45,798 bases of DNA from a virus (IMGVR_UViG_3300031890_000019:1-45798), one strand, 5' to 3'; positions 1-10,108 are shown, counted from the stretch's first letter. Numbers and translations: made by a program. The notes: generated by a model from the sequence alone, not told the origin.

Positions 1-273
1 GATGCCGACATGGGCCAGCTCGCCGCGCAGGCGGAACACGAACATGTGGATGATCTTGTCATGCGGTATGTCACCGGCGCGGTCGAAATAAAGCGCCGAC
101 ATTGCCGTGTCCTTGCTGACGACCTCGCGCTGCATCAACAGGCAATAGAGCTTGCCCGTTGCGCCCGAGAGTTTCAGTTGCGGCGGATAAGCAAAGCGCC
201 CGCTGATGCCAAGCATGTGCTTGAGCTGGCGAACCTCCTCGCGCAGCGTATCAATCTCCTCCTGCGGGCTCAT
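1..273 (-). CDS. OmpR/CtrA-like winged-helix DNA-binding protein without receiver domain (runs off the window edge)
   Basis: Not in the ORF track. Manual translation from ATG at 273 is open to base 1: MSPQEEIDTLREEVRQLKHMLG...LYCLLMQREVVSKDTAMSALYFDRAGDIPHDKIIHMFVFRLRGELAHVGI. This resembles the Trans_reg_C recognition helix (CtrA KIIDVFICKLRKKL). Confidence 0.6.
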   Translation of the reverse strand, partial: MSPQEEIDTLREEVRQLKHMLGISGRFAYPPQLKLSGATGKLYCLLMQREVVSKDTAMSALYFDRAGDIPHDKIIHMFVFRLRGELAHVGI

Positions 274-337
274 CGCAAGAATCCGTGTTCCCAGAGATCA
301 ACCGCAAGCCCTAACGCGAATCCGATCACAAAGAACG

Positions 338-847
338 CTACGTATTCCATCTCCTTTCCTCCCCCAATAACTCGCGGCCCCTGTCAAAAAGCGATTTTGG
401 CAGTTTCCCCGATTTGATTGCTCTCCTCCTCCCGTTGCGATCCGATTTCAGAAATAGCTCGCGGCAGTCGAAGCGCTGGCATACATGAGGCGCATGCCCA
501 TGAATGCCACAGCCACGGTCAGTAAGGTAAACGCAAGCGCCATCTGCTCTGCGCTTGAGAGCGCGGCCAAGACGTTCTCCCTCCCGAGTGGTAATCCAAG
601 CCCAATGTCCTTCATATTTTTCGTGCTCCCCTTCCGCCAACGGTACGATCAGCGTCCGGCAACAGAGCGTGCAGCTCCCGCAAGGCACGTTGGCGCGAAT
701 GACGTCACGGTCAATGAGCTGCTTCGGGGCCATCGTCGGCAGATCAGGAAGCCGATATGCCCCGGTGGGATATTTGCTGCGGTCTATGACAACAGTGTGG
801 CTCACCCCGGCCAGCCCATGTGGCAAAGGATCTCGTCGCCCGGCCAA
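338..847 (-). CDS. YkgJ/CxxCxxCC-family cysteine-cluster protein
   Basis: CGSCTLCC followed by C-x-Y-L...GCGIH...P-x-VC-x-x-F-x-C. Start codon uncertain. Confidence 0.7.
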   Translation of the reverse strand: MAGRRDPLPHGLAGVSHTVVIDRSKYPTGAYRLPDLPTMAPKQLIDRDVIRANVPCGSCTLCCRTLIVPLAEGEHEKYEGHWAWITTREGERLGRALKRRADGACVYLTDRGCGIHGHAPHVCQRFDCRELFLKSDRNGRRRAIKSGKLPKSLFDRGRELLGEERRWNT

Positions 848-1104
848 ACGCTAAGAGGCCCCTGATTAAACGGCGCGCTATCTAATGGCTCGCCGCCGTC
901 GTGCCGGTCAAATATGGCGATGCCGCAAAATGTGGCCCTTTCCAGCTTGGTGAAATCGATGCGCCGTTGCCCCCATTCGATCTCCACACGCGGCAGTAAA
1001 AAACGATGGCCGGTATCCACCAACGCGGCATAGAGCTGTGCCTTGAAGTCCTTGGGCGTCAGAGTCAGTGCAGTGGTAATGCGGGTCAGTTCGGCGGTAA
1101 TCAT
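802..1104 (-). CDS. hypothetical phage protein
   Basis: Start trimmed to ATG 1104 (MITAELT), downstream of GGAG; collinear with neighbouring minus-strand genes. Confidence 0.45.
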   Translation of the reverse strand: MITAELTRITTALTLTPKDFKAQLYAALVDTGHRFLLPRVEIEWGQRRIDFTKLERATFCGIAIFDRHDGGEPLDSAPFNQGPLSVWPGDEILCHMGWPG

Positions 1105-1374
1105 TTCGGCATCTCCTGTGCTGCAACCCGATTGCTGCAATTGCGGCATAGCCAATGTTCCATCTGCACGACCTGCCCCTCCTCTTTCCGTGCCACGTAT
1201 TCCATCGCTGGCCGCCCGCATTTCGGGCAGCGCTTGCGCTCATCCTTCGGCAGATCGTCAAATGCCATGTTTCACCCGTTGTTTATTGCCTTCATCACCA
1301 TCAGCACCAGGCCGATGGCAACAATCAAGGCGGCGAGCAGCGTAACACCAAACCAGAAATCGTCGGCGGTCACA

Positions 1375-1713
1375 TCAGGCGCTGTGACTTACTATCGTGA
1401 TGTCGGCGGCATTGCCCGCAAGCACCAGGAATAGCCCGCTGATAAACGGCCACGGAGCGGCACTCTGCGCGCTGGGATTACCTTTGCTCATGTCGATCAC
1501 CGCCATGACGCTGCCGGTTGCATCAACACCATCGTAAACGGTCATTATCGAATTGCTCGTCGCGGGCGTATTCACCGAGATCCCGGTGATCCAGCCCTTG
1601 CCGGTCCTGACCAGATAACTGCCCGCTGCGCTGATGTGGGTCAGCGTCCCGCCGGGATTAGGATTCGGTGCGATCCAAACAGGAAGCGCATTGGCGGGAT
1701 CGTTTATGTCCAT
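1375..1713 (-). CDS. small beta-rich phage protein (possibly virion-associated)
   Basis: Start trimmed to MDINDP at 1713; alternating beta-strand pattern GSYLVRTGKGWITGISVNT...VYDG; lies downstream of TerL. Confidence 0.5.
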   Translation of the reverse strand: MDINDPANALPVWIAPNPNPGGTLTHISAAGSYLVRTGKGWITGISVNTPATSNSIMTVYDGVDATGSVMAVIDMSKGNPSAQSAAPWPFISGLFLVLAGNAADITIVSHSA

Positions 1714-1965
1714 TATCTCACCCGCAACCCATGACGATTTGTCATTCCTAACCGCCTCTTGATCTTTTGCCGAATAACAATCGCTGCATTCAATGTCTTG
1801 GCATACTTGACCACTCTGTTGTCTCGTGCCCCGCCGTAAACCTGCCAAATCCCCAAGCGTTGAACCACTTCCGAGCGCGGTTTGGCCGGTAACGCAATTC
1901 CCCTGTGCGGGAATTGTAATCGAAAAATTCCCGCAGCCTCGCCACAGCTAAGTGCTTGTATTTAC

Positions 1966-3420
1966 TCATCTAACCCACGAGAGCGTGGAGTCATAACGAT
2001 ACTTGCTCGCCAGTTTATTGAATGCTCCGCTCGAAGCATCCACCTGGTCGGCAAATTTCCCGGCCGGGAAATTTTCCATCTCATTTAAATAATCCCGGTT
2101 CCATTGCGCCGCCACCAGCCGCACATTGCCAGCCTGCCATTGCGCGGCAAAAGGATCGGCGCGGACCTCTTTCGCGCCCGACACGCGATCCGCCTCGACC
2201 TTGTAACCGGCCATCATCCGCACCGTCGCTTCGGCGCTTTCCTTGCCGCCTGATCCTGGCTCCTGCTCGATGACCACTTCCAGCTCGGGGTAAAACTGCT
2301 CATCGACCCGTGCCGTGTGTCTAATCATTCTCTCGCGCTCCAGCGCGCCCCATCGCCCACGTCGCACATCGACCACGCAATACGTGCCGTCGTCCATCAG
2401 CGTCATCAACACGCCAGCCGAATATGCGCCGCCTTCATGCGTCCCGGCCTTGTCCCAATAGCGAACGACCTTCGATACATTCGCCCTAGCCGGGATCTCA
2501 CGCACAATGGTCGCCCTGTCGATGGGGAACATATCGCCACCGACGATGATCGGTGCTTGCTGATACACAGATTGCCAGCCGGCCAGCGTCATGGTCGCAC
2601 GCTGCTTGTCGAGGAACTCAGCCGATTTCAATTCCGGAAACAGCGGCTCGCCTTCCTTGCGATATTCCTCGTCCTCCTCGGCCAGCGCCGGATAGCGGCA
2701 CACGCGCACATCTGGATTCAATTCCATCAACCGGCCAGCCGGATCGTCCAAATGCCAACGAGTCATTATCATCAGCAGTCCGCCCTTGTCGGAGAACCGC
2801 GTCATAAAGTCATCAGTCATCCATAACCATGTCTTCTCGCGAGTGAGCTGCGAATTAGCCTCCGCACGGCCCTTGATCGGATCATCGATCACGCCGATGT
2901 CCAATGATTCGCCGGTAACTTGGCCCTCGACGGTGGTGTTGCGAAAATAACCGCGATCCACGCCTTCACCATCGAATTCGATCATCTGGCTGTTCGCCAT
3001 CGATTTCCTCGGATCGAGGATCTGCTTGCCAAAAATCGCCGGATGTTTGGGGTTCATGAGAATACGTTGCAGCCTGACATTGGCGCGTATGCCAAGCCGG
3101 TCGCTGAACGAGGCAAAGATGAAGCGGATCGCAGGCTGCTTCTCTAGGAATGCCTGTCCGATGGCCCACGATACGAAATCGATGACCATCGTACTTTTTC
3201 CGTGTTGAGGCGGGCTCTGTAGTAATAGCTTTGGCCTCTTGCCCGCCAGATAATCCAACCAGAAGCGGTGCAGCTCGAGCGCAACCTCACGCTGCCACCA
3301 GCCCCAAATCATCTTCGGATTCATGTACTGGCGATATGACCAGAACGATTCCCGCGCCTCGAATTGCGCCAGTTCATCAACGAGGCGGAAATCGTCGGTA
3401 TTGAAAGCTGGCGCGGTCAT
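1966..3420 (-). CDS. terL: terminase large subunit
   Basis: Walker A PPQHGKS, Walker B IGVIDDP, MTRWH coupling motif, RNase H-like nuclease motifs YWDKAG, EQEPGSGGK, DQVDA. Confidence 0.95.
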   Translation of the reverse strand: MTAPAFNTDDFRLVDELAQFEARESFWSYRQYMNPKMIWGWWQREVALELHRFWLDYLAGKRPKLLLQSPPQHGKSTMVIDFVSWAIGQAFLEKQPAIRFIFASFSDRLGIRANVRLQRILMNPKHPAIFGKQILDPRKSMANSQMIEFDGEGVDRGYFRNTTVEGQVTGESLDIGVIDDPIKGRAEANSQLTREKTWLWMTDDFMTRFSDKGGLLMIMTRWHLDDPAGRLMELNPDVRVCRYPALAEEDEEYRKEGEPLFPELKSAEFLDKQRATMTLAGWQSVYQQAPIIVGGDMFPIDRATIVREIPARANVSKVVRYWDKAGTHEGGAYSAGVLMTLMDDGTYCVVDVRRGRWGALERERMIRHTARVDEQFYPELEVVIEQEPGSGGKESAEATVRMMAGYKVEADRVSGAKEVRADPFAAQWQAGNVRLVAAQWNRDYLNEMENFPAGKFADQVDASSGAFNKLASKYRYDSTLSWVR

Positions 3421-3740
3421 CGTCTTAGACGCAGTTCAACCACGTCTTCGATCCTGTGCGCCTCACGCAATCGCCGCAGGAACTCCTCGGTGATGGCAAT
3501 GAGGACCTGCGACTTGGCATTGAGATCGTCGCCCTCCAGCGCCCGCACAAGCCTGCGATTGCTCCACAACGATCTTCTGGTATCGCGACCATTGCCAGGA
3601 ATCACGCCCTGACGCTTCAATCGCAGCCAGCGCCGCGTCAAATTCTTTTCTTCAATCCCAAGCTCGGTGGCGACAACGAATGCCGGCTCGGGACTATGCC
3701 AAGCGCGCATCAACACTTCATCGGAAACGCGGGGTTTCAC
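3417..3740 (-). CDS. small HTH-like protein upstream of terL
   Basis: VATELGIEEKNLTRRW HTH-like pattern; ATGA overlap with terL. Confidence 0.5.
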   Translation of the reverse strand: MKPRVSDEVLMRAWHSPEPAFVVATELGIEEKNLTRRWLRLKRQGVIPGNGRDTRRSLWSNRRLVRALEGDDLNAKSQVLIAITEEFLRRLREAHRIEDVVELRLRR

Positions 3741-3928
3741 GTGTCCGGAATCTCAATGCCATCATCCGGTAACGCATCGACAATCGCGTTAGCAACCGCT
3801 TGCCGTTGCGGCCTAGACGAGCGAGGACCGTCTATCGAGATCGTGATCTTGGGATTGCCGCCATCATCGAGAAGCCATACGCCTATTGGACCTTGCTGCG
3901 CCGCCATCAACGCTGGTTTCAACTTCAT
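3737..3928 (-). CDS. hypothetical protein
   Basis: Overlaps the next gene by 4 nt; AGGAG RBS upstream. Confidence 0.45.
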   Translation of the reverse strand: MKLKPALMAAQQGPIGVWLLDDGGNPKITISIDGPRSSRPQRQAVANAIVDALPDDGIEIPDT

Positions 3929-4059
3929 AACCGTCTCCTAGTGCAGCGCTGCCGGTGCGTGCAGCAGGCCCGCGATCACGTTGAGGATATTGAACGCGAT
4001 GGCAAAGCCGAGGCCAAAACTTAGGCCGAACATAAAATTCTCAAGCGCTTTTGCTGCCA

Positions 4060-4680
4060 TTAGACCCTCCTGCTAAAGCCTGACTGTCCATATTTCTGTC
4101 GGCGTGTTATCCACGCTTCTGGTGACATACCGCGCCGCCAACCATCAGGCACCGCTTGTCCCTTCTGGATACGCTTCGTGACAGCACCGTTGTTAATCAT
4201 GATGGTATCTCTCGCTTTTTTCCCGAGAACAGAACAGTTTTTAGCAGCCCGCTCTAGAAACTCTGCGGAAAAAACGCTGCCATATCGAAATCCATCAGGC
4301 ATAGTCTGTCCCGGTTTAAGCGTTCCGTTCCTCTTTCCATTGGTGATTTGTCTGCGGCCAGATAAATGATCGTGCAGACTGTTTAAAAATGGCTTTCCTG
4401 CTCTTTTATTGGCTTCTCTATAGAAATTGATCCAGTACCGTTCGCGGACGAGTAATTGACTTACTGATACGTTCTCCAAAAGAACGATCTCCGGCATAAT
4501 ATTGTTATCTAAAAGCTGACTGATCCAAATGTTCTTTCCCGTTTTAGCTTTTCGCACCAGACTTGGCTCTATCAGATGCGCAACCAATCGGCGGGCTAGA
4601 GATTTCCTTTTGGTGCATCCCACATAATAAATTGTCTGATCAGTATCAGTCGGATCGCGCAATCCATAAATCATTGCCAT
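4060..4680 (-). CDS. GIY-YIG homing endonuclease
   Basis: IYGLRDP...IYYVGCT...RRL..HL and RERYWI motifs; C-terminal repeated xNNG/PDG(W/F)RxG motifs; AT-richer than flanks; TGATG coupling at 4678-4682. Confidence 0.8.
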   Translation of the reverse strand: MAMIYGLRDPTDTDQTIYYVGCTKRKSLARRLVAHLIEPSLVRKAKTGKNIWISQLLDNNIMPEIVLLENVSVSQLLVRERYWINFYREANKRAGKPFLNSLHDHLSGRRQITNGKRNGTLKPGQTMPDGFRYGSVFSAEFLERAAKNCSVLGKKARDTIMINNGAVTKRIQKGQAVPDGWRRGMSPEAWITRRQKYGQSGFSRRV

Positions 4681-5096
4681 CACTTGGTCCTCCAACAGCG
4701 GACGCCAGGGATCTCTATCTCATTACCGTCAGCGTCCTTCTCGTGGTTGATCCAATCGCGAGATGCAAAGCTCACGATGTTGCCCTTCTGCTTCTCGCTG
4801 TTGCGATAGCTCTGCGAGGAAGCGGTAATGGTTTTCAGTTTGCCGTCTGGCACAAAGAAGCTCTGACCCGGTTTCATATCGGGGAATGGATATTTGCTTA
4901 TGCCCACGCGTCTGGGCGGCGCTGGAATGTTGTCCTCGAGCTTGTATTCGGACTTTTCCCGATATTGCGGTGTCGCGATAATTGTCGGCGGCTCGACAGT
5001 GACAGTTGGCTGCCATTTCGGCGCTGTCGGTGCGGCAGCCATCGCTACAGGCGGCATTGGCAGCTTTGTGTTGGCTGGATACACAACCCGTGTCAT
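4680..5096 (-). CDS. small phage protein, probable DNA-binding (KYPFxxMxxGxSFFVP family)
   Basis: Motif SKYPFPDMKPGQSFFVP and C-terminal GVRCWR. Confidence 0.6.
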   Translation of the reverse strand: MTRVVYPANTKLPMPPVAMAAAPTAPKWQPTVTVEPPTIIATPQYREKSEYKLEDNIPAPPRRVGISKYPFPDMKPGQSFFVPDGKLKTITASSQSYRNSEKQKGNIVSFASRDWINHEKDADGNEIEIPGVRCWRTK

Positions 5097-5614
5097 GGCC
5101 CGTTTTCCTTGCGATGAGGCTTCGCTTCCAACTCAAGCACCGGCTTGTCGATGCCGAACACGGATAGCGGCAAGCCGCGCTCCTGTAATTTCTGCACCAG
5201 CTCGTCATGATTGAAGTCAAGCTTCACGTCGGCGCTAAACCGATGCTGCTCTACTACATCTTTCCAGCCCATGCGGTTTTTCATGTACCAGATGATTGCC
5301 GTCATGTTGCCTTCGCGGATCTGAGAGGAAAGCATCGTTAGACAGACCGCGTTCATAGTCTCGCGGCCAATCTCTAATTCCTCTTCGAAATGCTTGTGCA
5401 GCGTCTGAATCGCAATGCAACGGCGGGTATGCTGATTGCGGATCAGTTTGCAAATGCGAAATTCGGGAATGTCATAGCCCGCTAGGAGCTTGACGAGATC
5501 GCGCTGCTCTTTCGTCGCCTCAAATTTCAACTCGAGCGCAGGCTTCCTCGGACGCCCTTCGGGCTTAGGATTATTTTTTTGCCGCCAGCGGCGAGATCCA
5601 ACGACCATCGGCAT
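5093..5614 (-). CDS. terS: terminase small subunit (HTH type)
   Basis: GRPRK start, HTH (VKLLAGYDIPEFRICKLI..TLHKHFEEELEIG), AIIWYMKNRMGWKD motif; upstream of terL. Confidence 0.7.
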   Translation of the reverse strand: MPMVVGSRRWRQKNNPKPEGRPRKPALELKFEATKEQRDLVKLLAGYDIPEFRICKLIRNQHTRRCIAIQTLHKHFEEELEIGRETMNAVCLTMLSSQIREGNMTAIIWYMKNRMGWKDVVEQHRFSADVKLDFNHDELVQKLQERGLPLSVFGIDKPVLELEAKPHRKENGP

Positions 5615-5938
5615 GGCGCGGGAGGATAAGCCTTTTTGCCGCTTTTTCTAGTTGGCTGGTTTTCCGCTAAGGCTCTTGGCCTACCTCGCAGCGGTCTGCG
5701 CCTCGTTAGAACGGTTTCGTACCCGTCCACCAGCACGCTTTTTACGCGTCACACGACGTTTCATTGCTGCTTTCTTAATTCTTCTTGCCATGATTGAACT
5801 CCGTCCTTTGCGCAATAGGGATCATGCAGAATGGGTATATCAGGCAATTATCGGTTAACAAACAAATTAACAACACCTTGGTGAAGTCACGCGGTATTGG
5901 TACTCTACCGATTCATCATTGAAAAACAGGAGAGCGCA

Positions 5939-6580
5939 ATGAAGATTGGCATGAAGGCGCTGCTTGCGGCAACAGCGCTGATGATAGGCAACGCCGCACA
6001 TGCCGGTACATTCACCTATGGCAGCTTTAGCGTGAACGGCGTCGGCGTCGACATCCAGCAGCCGATACAGCGCTCCGTTATTGCAGGCGAGATCACCCTC
6101 ATCGGCGCGGGCGTCAACTCCGGTCAAACGCTAGATGTCTGGTGCCTTGACCTGCTCAACAGTTTGCAGGTCGGACCTTACACCTATCAAATCTCGCCGC
6201 TCACCGCGGCGGGTGCTGGTGGGCTCAATCCGCCGCTGACGCAGACGCAGATCACCGAGATCGGCGACCTGATGTTCGACGGCCTCAGTGTATTGGACAA
6301 GGCGGCGATCCAGCTTGCCATCTGGTCGGTTGAATATCCCGGCTTTCAGACCTTGGGCGTTGATGCTGGCACGCTCTCGGATGAAGCCATCGATCTCGCC
6401 TCTGTCACAGGCAGTCCGTTCGCCGTCGACATCAATCTCTTGCACGACGCGCCGGTACAGCCGAATCAGGCGCTGGCGTTTGCGGTCACGCCAGTACCGC
6501 TGCCGGGGGCAATGTGGCTATTCGTCACGGGCCTTGCCGGTCTGATCGGCATCGGGCGTGTGAAAAAGTTCACAGCCTGA
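5939..6580 (+). CDS. exported protein with VPLPA-CTERM (PEP-CTERM-like) sorting signal
   Basis: Signal peptide MKIGMKALLAATALMIGNAAHA; C-terminal VPLPGAMWLFVTGLAGLIGIGRVKK (motif, TM helix, basic tail); AGGAG RBS before ATG 5939. Confidence 0.85.
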   Translation: MKIGMKALLAATALMIGNAAHAGTFTYGSFSVNGVGVDIQQPIQRSVIAGEITLIGAGVNSGQTLDVWCLDLLNSLQVGPYTYQISPLTAAGAGGLNPPLTQTQITEIGDLMFDGLSVLDKAAIQLAIWSVEYPGFQTLGVDAGTLSDEAIDLASVTGSPFAVDINLLHDAPVQPNQALAFAVTPVPLPGAMWLFVTGLAGLIGIGRVKKFTA

Positions 6581-6644
6581 CGATTTTGCCAGCCGGTAAA
6601 ATCGTGACGCGGGATACCCCCGAACAGAAGGAGTCTCCAATAAA

Positions 6645-7547
6645 ATGTCTGGGTTAAGGACTGCGCTGCTTGCGGCAACAGCGTTGCTCATGACTACTGC
6701 CGCACATGCCGACCTGGTTCTGCTGAACAACGGCGTTGGTTTCGGTCTGTGCACCGATAACAACTGCAAGAGTTTTCAGGATTTGGGAGGCCAGGGCTTC
6801 GGCGACTTCCCTCGCCTGCTAACGCTGCAAACGGGTACGTTTGAAGCAGGCTTGGCTACGCCGGGGGCCGGAGGCAGCGGCACGCTGTTTCCGTCTGTGC
6901 TGACAGGCAACGCAGCGGCAGGCGGGATCATCAGCGCCGTCAACAACGGCATACAAACCGGCACCGACAAGGCCAGCACGCCCACCCTGGCGTTCTTGGG
7001 GTGGAATACCGGCCTCAAGGTCGGCGTCGGCTTCAATGCCGACCAAACGGGACAGACCGGCATCACGCTGCAACAACTGACGCTTGGCCTGTACCACAAC
7101 GGCACGCTGATCCAGACCTTCTCGCTGGACCCTGTGATCCAGCCGGTGAACTACACCGCCGGTGATCTTGCCGAGGAGCCGGGAAACGGCAACGCCGTGT
7201 TCCTGTTTATCTTGGATGCGGCTGAGCAGCAGAACTTCAACACGCTGATTACCGCCGACGTGCTGAGTAACTTCGAGATCGGCCTTGCCGCCGCTCTCGG
7301 CTGCGTCGGTACGCCGTCGGCAACCTGCCAGGTGACGAATGATGGTCCGGATTCGTTCGTGGCCTTCGCCGCGCCAGGCAGTCCGGCACGAGTGCCAGTA
7401 CCGGGAGCCGTATGGCTATTCGGCACCGGCCTCGCTGGGCTGGTGGTGTTGAGCCGCGCAAACGTAGGCAGAAGGTGGCCTGAACAAATACTCTGCGCGG
7501 GTCAAGGCCGCGCAGAGCCTAGTTCTTCATGCAGGCAAAGCTCTTAA
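6645..7547 (+). CDS. exported protein with VPLPA/PEP-CTERM-like sorting signal (3' end probably frameshifted; likely true stop 7483)
   Basis: Signal peptide MSGLRTALLAATALLMTTAAHA; VPVPGAVWLFGTGLAGLVVL near the C-terminus. Confidence 0.8.
   Translation: MSGLRTALLAATALLMTTAAHADLVLLNNGVGFGLCTDNNCKSFQDLGGQGFGDFPRLLTLQTGTFEAGLATPGAGGSGTLFPSVLTGNAAAGGIISAVNNGIQTGTDKASTPTLAFLGWNTGLKVGVGFNADQTGQTGITLQQLTLGLYHNGTLIQTFSLDPVIQPVNYTAGDLAEEPGNGNAVFLFILDAAEQQNFNTLITADVLSNFEIGLAAALGCVGTPSATCQVTNDGPDSFVAFAAPGSPARVPVPGAVWLFGTGLAGLVVLSRANVGRRWPEQILCAGQGRAEPSSSCRQSS
7491..7517. terminator. GC-rich hairpin between convergent genes
   Basis: CTCTGCGCGG-N7-CCGCGCAGAG, a perfect 10-bp stem. Confidence 0.5.
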
Positions 7548-7701
7548 CCGCGCGCATCGGATTGGCATTTGGCGTGAGCCACACATTGCCAGCCTTCCGG
7601 CATTGCTCCCAGGTGGCATAGACATCAGGCAGCTCGACCAAGGTTGGCTGCCCGCAGCCGTGCCCGCAGGTGAAATACAGGATCAGTATCCAGCGCATCA
7701 C
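7519..7701 (-). CDS. small Cys-containing hypothetical protein
   Basis: Hydrophobic N-terminus, YATWEQC motif; 4-nt overlap with the upstream gene. Confidence 0.45.
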   Translation of the reverse strand: MMRWILILYFTCGHGCGQPTLVELPDVYATWEQCRKAGNVWLTPNANPMRAVKSFACMKN

Positions 7702-7934
7702 TCTGCGGCTTGCCGCTTAGCGCTAGCCGCGACCGCGTAGATCACGTCAGGATCAATAAAGCCCTTTTCGGCAAGGAAACGCGTCACGATCTGGCGCAGG
7801 GCGGTGCCGCGATCCAGCATCTGCTGTTGCGCGTATTTTTCGATACCGTCCAGCAATGGCTTCTGCCAACGAATCGCAATCATCGTATTTTTGCCAGTTG
7901 CCGGCCGCCCCGGTGGTCGTTTCTTACGCCTCAT
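7698..7934 (-). CDS. ribbon-helix-helix (CopG-like) transcription regulator
   Basis: GRPATGK followed by beta strand IAIRW and two helices (LLDGIEKYA, RGTALRQIV); GGAGG RBS before ATG 7934. Confidence 0.7.
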   Translation of the reverse strand: MRRKKRPPGRPATGKNTMIAIRWQKPLLDGIEKYAQQQMLDRGTALRQIVTRFLAEKGFIDPDVIYAVAASAKRQAAE

Positions 7935-8119
7935 AGCGCTTTCCTCCCTAAAAGGCTGCCTTATAGCCCCGTAATGCCCCACAAATGGCCGCCTATAGGC
8001 CCAATGGCATAACTGGCTAGCCACCACCGCCAATGCCCGCAAAACGCACCAGCGGCGCCGGGCAGGCCAAATCCCTCCAAAGCCGGAAATACCCTATTTG
8101 ACCGCATTTCCACAGGGCT

Positions 8120-8139
8120 TTAATTTATGCTAGCATAAA
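8120..8139. promoter_or_regulatory. putative operator, copy 1 (TTAATTTATGCTAGCATAAA)
   Basis: Perfect 16-bp palindrome TTTATGCTAGCATAAA at 8124-8139 in an AT-rich divergent intergenic region; related copies at 11486 and 23469. Confidence 0.6.
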
Positions 8140-8242
8140 CCTCAGAAAGCTATTATATAGCCAATTATCAAACATAGGGAAAGCAAATGGTTGATCTAGG
8201 CATCCACCGCGACGACACCGAACATCAACACAGGGGAAGCAA

Positions 8243-9611
8243 ATGACCACATTCAAAAATCCATCTCTGATCCTGATCGACATGACCGTGACCTCAACCA
8301 GCACGCCGAAGTTGCGCGTATATGACACCTGGAATGACGACACCTACATGTTATTCGTAAAGGACATTCACGGGAATTGGCGTGAACACATTGGCATCGG
8401 CCTGCACCCGACCAAATCGTTCTCCACTCGTGAGGCATTGGTCGCCCACGTTGACGAGTGCTTTGAAGCAGACTGCAATTGCCCATAGGTGAATCATGAG
8501 CGAACACCAACAAGAAACAACAATGGACGACGTACACGATCTTCTCGCAGGACATGGCATTGAGGCCGGAAAGGTAAACTTTCTAACTCAAAAAATATTC
8601 AAAATAATCTCTGAGACTTGGCTCAAAGGTTACAACGAGGGAATGCATGACGAGGCAATGGCGCAAGATGCGATGAAGGAAAGACGCAAATGAACGACAA
8701 ACCCTACGAAGCCTCAGCCCTTGATCTCTCGATCCTCCGCGTTGCTCTGCGAGCGCATCTGGAGAGGGTGCGAAAGGTCTCTCCCGAGGTACAGCTCGCA
8801 ACTGAGGACCTGATCGAGAAGATCGATAACTGCGACGGCTTATTCATACAGGTGAGCATATGAACATCCGCACCGAAATGTACCTCACACCCTGGGGCCA
8901 GGAATGGCACGCCGTCGATGACGACACCTACGATGGCGCCGAGGACTCACGCAGCCCTATGGGCTGGGGCAGAACCGAGAAGCAGGCAATCGAAGACCTG
9001 AAGGAGAAGATCAGTGAGCGCTGAAATCTTCAACAACATCCTTCGCCAGTACGGCGAGTCAATGAGCAGGGTGAGCAAAATGATGCGAGATCCGTTCGAA
9101 TTCGTAGAGCCTCAGTTCCAAGTCTATCACCCGCACCACACCGACCTGATCGGCCGCGGTGATACCGAGGAGGAGGCGAACGATGATCTGCAGAGACAGA
9201 TAGATGAGATCCGCGAGTTGCACATGCTGAAAGATCCGTTCAAGGCTTGCGGCTGCATCGTCTGTGAACCTTGGAACCATGGGAAGATCCCGACATGAAT
9301 TCAACCCGCCATCTAGTCACCGCGTAGGATGGGTTGAGACTGGAGCCGCGGTTCCCCTGCCTCGGCTCCAGCACTGAATCCAGCAGACGGCGAGAACCAT
9401 GACCAAAATGGAAGCCTATAGGTACTGCCAAGACCACGGCGCATCATTTATCGCGAATGTCGTGCTCTGCCATTACCGCGATCCAGCCCGTAAACTGAAG
9501 CGTATGGCCGCCCTGATCCAATCCGGCCGGACCATCAGTCTAGGATCGACCATCGACACGCTCGTAATCGATGGGCGTGTCCAGCCGTGGGAGGCGCTCA
9601 ATGTGGAGTAA
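8243..9611 (+). other. cluster of short early-type hypothetical genes (8243-8488, 8496-8693, 9014-9298, 9399-9611 and smaller ORFs between)
   Basis: Tightly packed plus-strand ORFs with RBS and start/stop overlaps; no recognisable motifs. Confidence 0.55.
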
Positions 9612-9942
9612 TCAACGCGAAGCGATCCTCCGGTGCATGTGGAAAGACGGCGCATCGGCCAGCATCATCGGCGACGAGCTTGGTATCACACGCAATGCGG
9701 TGATTGGCAAAGTGCACCGGCTCGGGCTCGAGGCTCGGCTGCCAACCTTCAAACACACCAGTCGGATCGCGCCGATAGGAAGGCCGATCAGCAAGCCGCC
9801 ACAGCGGATCGTGAGTGTGATGACAGTGACGGTGAGCAAAAGCAAAAGCAAACCGGAACTGACCAAGGGCGAGCTACGCCGCCTGTTTGAAGAAGCGTGG
9901 CGCAATACCGCAACAATGGAGAAGCGAAATGAAACTGTTTGA
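9601..9942 (+). CDS. gcrA: GcrA-family cell-cycle regulator (N-terminal HTH)
   Basis: MWSNQREAILRCMWKDGASASIIGDELGITRNAVIGKVHRLGL closely matches the GcrA N-terminus; the C-terminal Cys domain is absent. Confidence 0.85.
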   Translation: MWSNQREAILRCMWKDGASASIIGDELGITRNAVIGKVHRLGLEARLPTFKHTSRIAPIGRPISKPPQRIVSVMTVTVSKSKSKPELTKGELRRLFEEAWRNTATMEKRNETV

Positions 9943-10108
9943 AAAGACAATCACAATCCATGTCGCGAATACGGTGCCCGAGGACGAGTTCGACAATGCG
10001 CTCAATGTACTCGATGAAATCTTCGGGAAGCTGGATGATGCAACATTCAATGCCGTGAATGCCAGCGCAGTTGCTCGGCTGAACGGCTTCCGCATCGAGA
10101 TCGACTAG
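9929..10108 (+). CDS. hypothetical protein
   Basis: Preceded by GGAGAAGCGAAATG, which is also found at 10209-10222. Confidence 0.5.
   Translation: MKLFEKTITIHVANTVPEDEFDNALNVLDEIFGKLDDATFNAVNASAVARLNGFRIEID

Noticed and set aside
5855-5870. CtrA box upstream of the CTERM genes
   Set aside because: Spacing is TTAA-N8-TTAA, not the canonical N7.
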